This document shows positions 24,866 to 35,120 of a DNA stretch of 44,446 nt, one piece after another. Every line of letters begins with the position of its first letter. Position 1 is the first letter of the stretch. Origin of the DNA: Octopus sinensis (taxonomy: Eukaryota); the NCBI RefSeq assembly GCF_006345805.1, contig NW_021835048.1:1-44446 (forward strand). The letters run 5' to 3'. The notes beneath the pieces are model-generated. The model was not told the origin of the DNA. It saw only the letters and a program-made list of their open reading frames with translations, and ran no database searches. Position numbers and translations under genes: made by a program.

Positions 24866-25800
24866 CATCATCATCATTTAACATCCGTTCTCCATGCTAG
24901 CATGGGTTGGGCGGTTCGACCGGGGTCTGGGAAGCCAGGAGGCTGCACCAGGCCCAGTCTGATCTGGCAGTGTTTCTACAGCTGGATGCCCTTCCTAACG
25001 CCAACCACTCTGTGAGTGTAGTGGGTATATATATATCATCATCATCATCATTTAACATCCGTTCTCCATGCTAGCATGGGTTGGGCGGTTCGACCGGGGT
25101 CTGGGAAGCCAGGAGGCTGCACCAGGCCCAGTCTGATCTGGCAGTGTTTCTACAGCTGGATGCCCTTCCTAACGCCACCACTCTGTGAGTGTAGTGGGTA
25201 TATATATATATCATCATCATCATCATTTAACATCCGTTCTCCATGCTAGCATGGTTGGGCGGTTCGACCGGGGTCTGGAAGCCAGGAGGCTGCACCAGGC
25301 CAGTCTGATCTGGCAGTGTTTCTACTCTACAGCTGGATGCCTTCCTAACGCCAACCACTCCGTGAGTGTAGTGGGTGCTTTTTACGTGCCACCTGCACAG
25401 GTGCCAGAGGAGGCTGGCAACAGCCACGATCGGTGGTGCTTTTTATGTGCCACCTGCACAGTGCCAGAGGAGGCTGGCAACAGCCACGATCGGTTGGTGC
25501 TTTTTATGTGCCACCTGCACAGGTGCCAGAGGAGGCTGGCAACAGCCACGATCGGTTGGTGCTTTTTATGTGCCACCTGCACAGGTGCCAGAGGAGGCTG
25601 GCAACAGCCACGATCGGTTGGTGCTTTTTATGTGCCACCTGCACAGGTGCCAGAGGAGGCTGGCAACAGCCACGATCGGTTGGTGCTTTTTACGTGCCAC
25701 CTGCACAGGTGCCAGAGGAGGCTGGCAACAGCCACGATCGGTTGGTGCTTTTTATGTGCCACCGGCACGGAAGCCAGTCAAGGCGGCGCTGGCATCGGCC
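24866..25800 (-). mobile_element. Same family with a triplicated 3' end and ~7 homogeneous 59-60-nt internal units
   Basis: ~175-bp tail repeated at 24867, 25037 and 25212; unit GAGGAGGCTGGCAACAGCCACGATCGG.. repeated 25370-25790. Confidence 0.8.
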
Positions 25801-26012
25801 CTATCGTTTAATGTCAGTTTTCCATGCTGGTATAGGTTGAATGGTTTGGCAGGAAGCAGCAAGACCAGGAGCCATACCATGTTCCATATGTCTGTTGTGG
25901 CATGGTTTCTATGGCTGGATTCCCTTCCTAACCAACCACTTTACAGAGTGTAATGGCTGCTGTTTATGTGGTATCAGCATCAATGCTTTTTACATTGGCA
26001 CCAGCATCATTG

Positions 26013-26048
<36 letters not shown>

Positions 26049-26049
<1 letters not shown>

Positions 26050-26605
26050 TAAGCAATAAAGGGTTTAGCAACGAGTTGCCTTACCACATACCGAATTTAG
26101 AAATAGCAGTCAAAGGGTTATAGCTATTTCTTCTACTAAAAAGGGAGATCTCAGTAAAAACAGCAAAATCATTTATGATTATAGTATTCTACACTGAAGA
26201 GAAAAGAAGTTTCGGTAAGATAGAATTATTTATTATTTAATATTTAATATTTAATTCGTATGCTTTCCTTAAAACTTGATTTCGAAACGTACGTCCGTGG
26301 ATAACTAAAAAAATGTATGATAGATTGCAGTCAATTCATTCTCTCTTACCTGTTTGTGCCTTCCAAATGCTGTTTTTACTGTGATCTCCCTTTTTAGTAG
26401 AAGAAATAGCTATAACCCTTTGACTGCTATTTCTAAATTCGGTATGTGGTAAGGCAATTCGTTGCTAAACCCTTATTGCTTAGTATTACTTAAATTTTCC
26501 TCGAATGAGGCTTTTACATGCCGAAGACTACTTTGTGTTATTGATAATTTTTCCAAATTAATTAATTTCACCCTTCATTATTACGGATATATATATATAT
26601 ATATA

Positions 26606-26636
<31 letters not shown>

Positions 26637-26949
26637 TAAGCAATAAGGGTTTAGCAACGAGTTGCCTTACCACATACCGAATTTAGAAATAGCAGTCAAA
26701 GGGTTATAGCTATTTCTTCTACTAAAAAGGGATTTTTAGTAGAAGAAATAGCTATAACCCTTTGACTGCTATTTCTAAATTCGGTATGTGGTAAGGCAAT
26801 TCGTTGCTAAACCCTTATTGCTTAGTATTACTTAAATTTTCCTCGAATGAGGCTTTTACATGCCGAAGACTACTTGGTGTTATTGATAATTTTTCCAAAT
26901 TAATAATTTCACCCTTCATTATTACGGATATATATATATATATATATAT

Positions 26950-26985
<36 letters not shown>

Positions 26986-27275
26986 TAAGCAATAAGGGTT
27001 TAGCAACGAGTTGCCTTACCACATACCGAATTAGAAATAGCAGTCAAAGGTTATAGCTATTTCTTCTACTAAAAAGGGATTTTAGTAAGAAAATAGCTAT
27101 AACCCTTTGACTGCTATTTCTAATTCGGTATGTGGTAAGGCAATTCGTTGCTAAACCCTTATTGCTTAGTATTACTTAAATTTTCCTCGAATGAGGCTTT
27201 TACATGCCGAAGACTACTTGGTGTTATTGATAATTTTTCCAAATTAATTAATTTCACCCTTCATTATTACGGATA
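26049..27275. repeat. Array of three leader-plus-hairpin foldback units separated by (TA)n
   Basis: Arms 26049-26166/26368-26483; near-perfect hairpins 26636-26825 and 26985-27169; common ~105-bp leader after each. Confidence 0.85.
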
Positions 27276-27544
27276 TATATATATATATATATATAGATAT
27301 AGATAAAAATGGTAAGACAACAAAAGAAAGAAAGAGACCTCGATATTATGTAAATAGAGGAAATTATCTGTAAATATAATATGTGACAATTATTCGGTAG
27401 CCATGATAAAACTCTGAGTTTCGGATGCTGAGGTGGAAATCCACACCACCATCTCTTCAGTTATCTGGCCATCGGATACAGATATATATATATATATATA
27501 TTGGGTCGGCCAGATACATACATACACACAAACATATACATACA

Positions 27545-27580
<36 letters not shown>

Positions 27581-28669
27581 TATACACACACAGACACATA
27601 CTTGAGTGTGTTTGTGTGTGTACATAGAGACACACACACATGTAAACGTATGTATGTGTGCATGTGTGTGTTTGCATCTCCTTATCTTGTACAACAGCTG
27701 TAAACAAGCATGACCATCAAATAACAGAAGTCCTTCATTTCCCATCAACCATAAGAAATATTAGCTTGCTTAGAAACAAGTGTGTGTTGGGGAGCAGAAA
27801 GAGCACCCACCCGGCAGTCAAAGGAAGTATACTCCAACAAACTTCATGCTGAAACAAAGTAGACATTAAAATTATCCTGACGAGGGGAAAAGGACTTCTG
27901 TTGACACAGAGAACACAGGGTCATCATCATCATCACCATCATCGTTTAATATCCACTTTCCATGCTAGCATGGGTTGGACGATTTTGACTGAGGGCTGGC
28001 GAATCAGATGGCTGCACCAGGCTCCAATCTTGATTTGGCAGAGTTTCAACAGCTGGATGCCCTTCCTAACGCCAACCACTCTGAGAGTGTGGTGGGTGCT
28101 TTTTACGTGCCACCGGCACGGAGGCCAATCACGCGGTACTGGCAACGACGCTCGAATGGTGCCCTTTTATGTGCCACTGCAGAGGCAGTACCATAGCCAA
28201 TGAGGGTTATCTGAGGCGTGGTTATTGCTAGTTGAAACTGGCATGGGGGCCAGTCAGGCGGTACTGGCAACGACCTCGCTCGAATCCTTTTACACATGCC
28301 ACCAGCACAGGTGCCAGTAAGGCAACTTTGGTAACAATCACGCTCAAATGGGGCCCTTTTACATGCCACTGGCACGGAAGCCAGTTGGCTGCTCTGGCAA
28401 CGATCACACTCAGATGGTGTTCTTGGTACCCTACTAGCACAGGCACAAGTGCCAGTAAGGCGATGCTGGTAACGATCACGCTCGAATGGTGCCCTTTAAA
28501 TGCCACTGGCACGGAAGCCAGTTGGCCGCTCTGGCAACGATCACGCTCGGATGGTGCTCTTTGCACCCTGCCAGCACGGACGCCAGTCATCGAATTTGAT
28601 TTTGATTGATTTGATTTGAAGGGTGAAGACATGAAATACGAAAGATGTATATTTATGAAGGTCACTCAC

Positions 28670-28750
28670 CACAACGGTGCTGGAACTAACCAGAACAAAC
28701 AGGACACTGTAGGCAAGGGACCACCCCCAGGCGGCAACATAATCAGAACT
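28670..28750 (-). CDS. CLC exon 4 (SSDYVAAWGWSLAYSVLFVLVSSSTVV)
   Basis: TTGCAG acceptor, GTGAGT donor, phase 0 to 0, hydrophobic helix. Confidence 0.9.
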
Positions 28751-29081
28751 CTGCAAATATTAAAACAAAAAGAAAATTGTGGGGAATTATATATGCTGCA
28801 AAGATATTCTGGTTTTGGGTATAAAGAAAATACAGTAGGATCAGTTAATTATGATCTCATACAAGATATTCCCTTCTTAGGATTCACACACTTATTGTAA
28901 AAGTCCTTCAGTTTCCCTAAGTCCTGCAAAAGTGCTTGGAACATTGAGCCCTCAACCAGGCTTTGTGCGATACCCTTAATAAAGATTAAAATAAAAAATT
29001 ATACCCTCAAAAAAAGTCATTTCAACTCATCCTTTAAAATATAGATAATACGGTAGCAAGAAATTTCTCTTTAATATTCTA

Positions 29082-29139
<58 letters not shown>

Positions 29140-29460
29140 TGTGTGTTGTGTATGTATACATATCTTCTCTTTTACGTTCTGAGTTCAAATTCCACTCAGG
29201 TCAACTTTGCCTTTCATCCTTTCAGGGTCAATAAATTAAGTATGAAATGGTCTTCTTCGGTTACTCGGTATAAAATGTAAAGATTAAGTAAATTGCAACA
29301 ATAATAATAAAAATGTATATAATAGGTAGAAAAACCTATTATAAGTCAATTACATTCAACTGGTGCTTAATTTATTGACCCCGAAAGGATGAAAGGCAAA
29401 GTTGACCTCGGCAGAATTTGAACTCAGAACATAAAAGAGAAGATAAGAATACTGACTCAC

Positions 29461-29590
29461 CTCAATGTATTCGGTGGCTTTGGTCCATTTCACATCAGCG
29501 ATGAGTTCGATCAACTGATGCATGACAAACCCAATGAAACCAACTGTGAAACCAATGATCCCCATAAGAAGCCATCGATGGACCTGATAC
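29461..29590 (-). CDS. CLC exon 3 (YQVHRWLLMGIIGFTVGFIGF...EYIE), helix B
   Basis: CACAG acceptor, GTGAGT donor, phase 2 to 0. Confidence 0.93.
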
Positions 29591-29649
29591 CTGTGAATGA
29601 AGGACAGAAAGGGGATACAGTTCTATATTTAAGAGATGAGGAATTATGC

Positions 29650-29823
29650 ACACTATTTACATTTGATGGATATTTCTCCACATCTTCTTTGTTGTTAACA
29701 CAATTTTTCAGCTGATATACATTCCAGCCTTCATCAGGTGTCTTGGGGAAATTTCGAACCTGGGTTCTCATTCCTAAGGTATTTTTCGATGTTGTTGTTA
29801 TTATTATTATTATTATTATTATT
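29650..29823 (-). mobile_element. Third copy of the hammerhead-like module with (AAT)n
   Basis: GACAC-CUGAUGA-A-GGCUG..CAGCU-GAAA-AAUU-GUGUU at 29742-29697. Confidence 0.7.
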
Positions 29824-30176
29824 GGCCGGTGGCCCGTAAAAAGCACCATCCGATCGTGGCCGTTGCCAGCCTTGCCTGACCTCCGTGCCAGTGGTATGTA
29901 AAAAGCACCATCTGATCGTGGCCGTTTGTCAGCCTCGCCTGGCCCCCGTGCCGGTGGCATGTAAAAAGCACCATCTGATCCTGGCCGTTTGCCAGCCTCG
30001 TCTGGCACCCGTGCTGGTGGCACATAAAAAGCATCCACTACACTCATGGAGTGGTTGGCGTTAGGAAGGGCATCCAGCTGTAGAAACACTGCCAGATCAG
30101 ACTGGAGCCTGGTGCAGCCTTCTGGCTTCCCAGACCCCAGACGCTAAACGATGATGATGATGATGATGATGATGAT

Positions 30177-30312
30177 TTACATTTGACGGATATTTGTCCT
30201 CATCTTGTTTGTTGCTAACGTTTCGGCTGATATATTTTCCAGCCTTCATCAGGCTTCATCTTGGGGAAATTTCGAACCTGGGTTCTCATCCCTAAGGTAT
30301 TTTTCGATGATG

Positions 30313-30366
<54 letters not shown>

Positions 30367-30436
30367 TACTGCCTGGAATCGAACTCGGAATCTTGGGGTT
30401 AGTAGCCCGCGCTCTTAACCACTACACCATATGCCC
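30177..30436 (-). mobile_element. tRNA-headed SINE-like element with (AAT)n and a hammerhead-like 3' module
   Basis: A-box TGGTGTAGTGG and B-box GAGTTCGATTCC in a tRNA-like head (30436-30364), then (AAT)n, then CUGAUGA-A-GGCUG..CAGCC-GAAA-CGUU. Confidence 0.7.
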
Positions 30437-30565
30437 TTAGGATTGAGAACCCTGGTTCGAAATTTCCCCAAGACACCTGATAAAGGCTGGAGGGTATATC
30501 AGCTGAAATGTTGTGTCAACAACAAACAAAATGAGGACAAATATCCGTCAAATGTAAATACTGTA
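30434..30565 (+). mobile_element. Second copy of the hammerhead-like module, inverted relative to 30177-30310
   Basis: GACAC-CUGAUAA-A-GGCUG..CAGCU-GAAA-UGUU-GUGUC at 30472-30517. Confidence 0.7.
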
Positions 30566-30729
30566 GAAAGGGGACAGTTGAGTAAATTTGTAAGTATAAT
30601 AGGCGACCCCTATGTAAATTGATAAGTAATCTATGACTGGGGGGGGGGAGTAATAGATGAGCCAAATAAGAAGCTGTTGTTGGGTCCATTACCTGTAAAT
30701 GTGTGATATAAGTGGTCCCTTATGTCCAC

Positions 30730-30905
30730 CAGTTTTGAAGATAATGAAACCAAAATAATGAGTTCAAGCCACTCACCTAATGAGTATTTCTGCCAAATTT
30801 GGTGAAAATCCGTTCAGCCATTTTCCAGTAATTTTGCAAACACATGAACAGACCCAGATGAGCGACTATAATACCCTGCTTTCACTTATGCATGCAGGGT
30901 AAAAA
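30730..30905 (+). mobile_element. Helentron/HINE-like 3' terminus
   Basis: CCAAATTTGGTGAAAATCCGTTCAGCC followed by terminal hairpin TACCCTGC..GCAGGGTA and an A run. Confidence 0.45.
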
Positions 30906-31028
30906 TATGTAATAGGTGTACATACACATTTCGGGAATGTTTTCTCTTTCTTCAGTTGCGTTGTTTACAAAGACATATTTGTATATGAAACAGCGTAACT
31001 TTCAGTGCTGGCTCTAATTTCTATAGTA

Positions 31029-31536
31029 CCATAAAACCTTGAGTATAGTCCGCCCTTGAGTATAATACGCAGGGGATTTTTAGGAGGCTGTACCTCTGAA
31101 AAACCTAAACCTTGTGTATAATACGTACCCCTTCTCTAAATTGAGTCAAGGTCTATATAACGTCCTTGGTTTGTAAAACTATATACAGTAACGTCCTTTA
31201 TTATTATTGTATATATAACATAATGCAAACGTGCAGCTTTTTTGCGCATTTTGTTTGCAGAAAATAAAGAAATAACAGAAATAACGTTTAATAAATGTTG
31301 CTTATTGCAAGTTATGGATGATTCTTTTATGACTTCATTGCTTTCAGGCTTAGCTTAAGGTATTTTTGTGCCCAACAGCACAAAATGCGTCCGAATAAAC
31401 ATTGTCGGACAGCAAATAGAGACTTGGATATTGCTTAGAAAATTTTTTCATTTTTAACCTTGTATATAGTACGCACTAGGGATTTTGACCTTTAAATTTT
31501 GGGGAGAAAATGCGGATTATACTCAAGGATTTACGG
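31029..31536. mobile_element. Non-autonomous Tc1/mariner-superfamily element (MITE) with TA target duplication
   Basis: TA|CCATAAAACCTTGAGTATAGTCCGC ... GCGGATTATACTCAAGGATTTACGG|TA; second copy at 42790-43312. Confidence 0.82.
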
Positions 31537-32000
31537 TAAGCTACAATTTATTTTCTCTTACTTTTCTTCCACCTGTCTTCTTTATCAGGCATTATCTCTC
31601 TATTATACTTACCCAATTTTATCTCTATCTCTATATATATTATCAAATATTATCCATTATTATCTCTGAACACCTCTTTGCACATTGGACTGATCTCCTA
31701 GAAAAATTATTTTCACAGCTTCTTGTGAGCAGCATATCATTGTCATCTGAACAGGGCAGAGTCCTTTTAATATATATTCTAGAGAAGGTGCCACCTTTCA
31801 CTGTAGTTGAGACCTGTGAGTAATGGATTGGGCTTAGTTACCAAAAGAGCCCTGTGGTGGCAGTCTTAGGCTGCTAGACATTGTGTTGGAGGGGGGGGGG
31901 GCTTTTGATGTGATGACAATAGCAGATGGGCTGTGTGCGTGTGTGTGGTGTTGATGTGTGTGTGTGAGCGTGTGTGTGTGTAGATTTTCTAACTAGAAAG

Positions 32001-32791
32001 GGTATGGCCTGATCAGCCTGTAATGACATGCATAGGATCTGGTCATCAAATCTAAGTAGAGACTTCAAACTTGAAATCTTCAAAGCTACAGTCAAACCAA
32101 TTCTACTATATGGCTCAGAAACATGGACATCATCAAAGAAGCTTGAGAGGCAGTTGGATGGAACCTACACTCGCCTCCTTATGAGAGCTCAAAATCTCTC
32201 GTGGAAGCGTCATCCAACCAAAATGCAAATATATGGGGAAACTACCACCTGTGTCATCTCTTGTGAAAGGTAGGAGAGTCCAGTTTGCTGGACATTGTTG
32301 TAGAGCTGAAAACGAGGTAATTTCTACTCTCCTCCTCTGGAAGCCATCTACTCGCAATACCAGAGGGCGCACACTCTCCTACCCTGATGTAATCTCCAAG
32401 GATACAGGCATCCAGCAACAGGACCTCCGTAATGCTATGATGGACCGTGAAGTCTGGCGTAGCATGGTAAATTCCATTGTCTCGACCACGGTCGCGATAC
32501 CAGAGGGCGCACGCTCTCCTACCCTGATGTAATCTCCAGGGATACATGCATCCAGCAACAGGACCTCCGTAATGCTATGATGGACCTTGAAGTCTGGCGT
32601 AGCATGGTAAATTCCATTGTCTCGACCACGGTCGCAATGCCAGAGGGCGCACACTCTCCTACCCTGATATAATCTCCAGGGAGACAGGCATCCAGCAACA
32701 GGACCTCCGTAATGCTATGATGGACCATGAAGTCTGGTGTAGCATAGTAAATTCTATTGTCTCTACCACGGTCGAACAATGATGATGATGA

Positions 32792-32792
<1 letters not shown>
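32001..32792 (+). mobile_element. 5'-truncated RTE-clade LINE 3' end with triplicated last 140 bp and (GAT)n tail
   Basis: Encodes PILLYGSETW...RRVQFAGHC...AMMDREVWRSMV with one frameshift near 32235; period-140 repeats anchored at 32361, 32501 and 32641. Confidence 0.88.
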
Positions 32793-32822
<30 letters not shown>

Positions 32823-32863
32823 ACGTATATGTATTTGTGGAAGTAAATCCACAGGACACCAAC

Positions 32864-33006
32864 CTTGAGCTTCGTTGTCTTTTCAGCCAGTTCTTGTAGA
32901 CATTGCTGTGAGATGGCAGATAATCCAAACTAGTAAATGTGCCAAGGAATCGCTTCTCCTGTTCTGTGTACTGATGGCTGATGTCAGCTGGCTGGAAGTC
33001 TCGGCC
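32864..33006 (-). CDS. CLC exon 2 (GRDFQP...FTSLDYLPSHSNVYKNWLKRQRSS)
   Basis: TTGCAG acceptor, GTTGGT donor, SLDY motif like the ClC-6/7 N-terminus; phase 0 to 2. Confidence 0.9.
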
Positions 33007-33480
33007 CTGCAATGGAAAGAATGATTTGTAATATATCTGGGTGTCTTCTACTATAGCCTCGGGTCGACCAAAGCCTTGTGAGTGGATTTGGTAAGCAGAA
33101 ACTGAAAGAAGCCTGTCGTGTACGTATATATATATATATATATATATATATTGATATTGCACGTGAAAAAACATTCGAGTGAGGTCGCTGCCAGTGCCAC
33201 TGGACTGGCTTCTGTGTATGTAGCACATAAAAAGCACTATTTGAGCATGGCCGTTGCCACCACCGCCTGAATGGATCTCGTGCCGGTGGCACGTAAAAGC
33301 ACCCGCTACACTCTCGGAGTGGTTGGAGTTAGGAAGGGTATCCAGCCATAGAAACACTGCCAGATCACAATTGGAGCCTGGTGCAGCCATCTGGTTCACC
33401 AGTCCTCAGTCAAATCGTCCAACCCATGCTAGCATGGAAAGCAGACGTTAAATGATGATGATGATGATGATGATGATATA

Positions 33481-33513
<33 letters not shown>

Positions 33514-33816
33514 ACACACACATACAAAACAGGGTTGTTCAGGTTTCTGGCCACCACTTTCAGCCGCAAGGTATTGGTCAAGCTGCAGCTATATTAGGGG
33601 TCACCAGCCAAGAGTGTCCATGCATTGGGACTGAACCGCCAACCACATGATTCCAAAGGAAATATCCTAACCACACAGCCATGCTTGCAGCTATCATAGC
33701 AATGCCTTGTCAACATTACACCACCATGCATGAAATACCAAGGTGGACCTGTCAGGAAGAATTACCAGAAGAAGAGATAAAAAGAACAAATACAGATCAT
33801 ATTTCAAAGAACTTAC

Positions 33817-33966
33817 CGTTGCCAAGAAACTAAATGTGCCAGAGCTTTTCACACCTCTTTCTCGGATCGTCGTGGTTACAGCAGCATCATCGTCGTCTTC
33901 TGGAGATTCGGACACGTCACCTTCTCGAGGTTGTTCTTGCGGGGAAAACTCTGGGTTGGTATCCAT
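33817..33966 (-). CDS. CLC exon 1 (MDTNPEF...FSFLAT)
   Basis: ATG at 33966 lies downstream of a TTTCAG acceptor at 34000; GTAAGT donor at 33816; phase 0. The start codon is inferred. Confidence 0.75.
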
Positions 33967-34050
33967 GGTCAAAGGAACGGGTGAGACTTCTGGAAAATTC
34001 TGAAAGATTTCAGTATAGTTAGAAATTCTGGTTTTTACTGTTGGTGAAAT

Positions 34051-35120
34051 CATCATCATCATCATCATCGTTTAGCGTCCACTTACCATGCTAGCATGGG
34101 TTGGACGGTTCAACTGGGGTCTGGGAAGCCAGAAGGCTGCACCAGGCCCAGTCTGATCTGGCAATGTTTCTATGCCCTTCCTAACGCCAACCACTCCGTG
34201 AGTGTAGTGGGTGCTTTTTATGTGCCACCGGCACAGGTGCCAGACGGGGCTGGCAAACCGCCACGATCGGATGGTGCTTTTTACGTGCCACCGGCACGGG
34301 TGCCAGGCAAGGCTGGCAAATGGCCATGATTGGATGGTGCTTTTTATGTGCCACCGGCACGGGGGCCAGGCGAGGCTGGCAACAGCCACGATCGGATGGT
34401 GTTTTTTACATGCCACCGGCACGGGGGCCAGGCGAGGCTGGCAACAGCCACGATCGGATGGTGCTTTTTACGTGCCACCGACACAGAGGCCAGGCAAGGC
34501 TGGCAAACGGCCACGGTCGGATGGTGCTTTTTACGTGCCACCGACGCTAGGCCAGTCGGGGCGGGGCTGGCAACAGCCACATTCGGATGGTTCTCTTACA
34601 TACCACCGGCACGAAGCCAGTCAGGGCGGCGCTGGCAATGGCCACGTTCGGATGGTTCTCTTATGTACCACCGGCACGAGGCCAGTCGGGGCGGCGCTGG
34701 CAACGGCCACATTTGGATGGTTCTCTTACGTACCACCGGCATGAGGCCAGTAGGTGCAGTGCTGGCAACGGCCACGTTCGGATGGTTCTGTTACGTACCA
34801 CCGGCACGAGGCCAGTTGGGGCGGCGCTGGCAACGGCTACGTTCGGATGGTTCTCTTACGTACCACTGGCATGAGGCCAGTTGGGGCTGCGCTGGCAACG
34901 GCCACATTTGGATGAGTGTCATAAATTGTGCCATAAAACTGTGCCATTCTCACAGATTTTGGAGATGTGTTTTTACATGTCACTGGCACATGTGCCATTT
35001 GCGTGACACTAGTATCTACCACGACTGAGATTTTACTTGGCTTGTTGGGTCTTCTTTTCAAGCACGACATAATGCCAAAGGTTTTGGTCATTCGTCAGTG
35101 CCTCCATGAGGCTCAACACT
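34051..35120 (-). mobile_element. Same RTE-like family, with ~11 internal ~61-nt repeats
   Basis: ORF-end remnant at ~35030-35120, tandem units ~34210-34910, (GAT)n tail at 34051-34068. Confidence 0.7.

Larger units (their letters stand above)
2253..33966 (-). other. Complete gene span, CLC-family chloride transporter (ClC-6/7-related branch, probable Cl-/H+ exchanger), 17 coding exons, 845 aa
   Basis: 17 exons with GT/AG ends and consistent phases sum to 2538 nt. CLC signature motifs [33 protein letters not shown] and two C-terminal CBS domains are present in order. Confidence 0.95.

Noticed and set aside
30364-30436. Functional tRNA gene
   Set aside because: A/B boxes present, but the acceptor stem pairs poorly and it runs into (AAT)n; treated as a SINE head.
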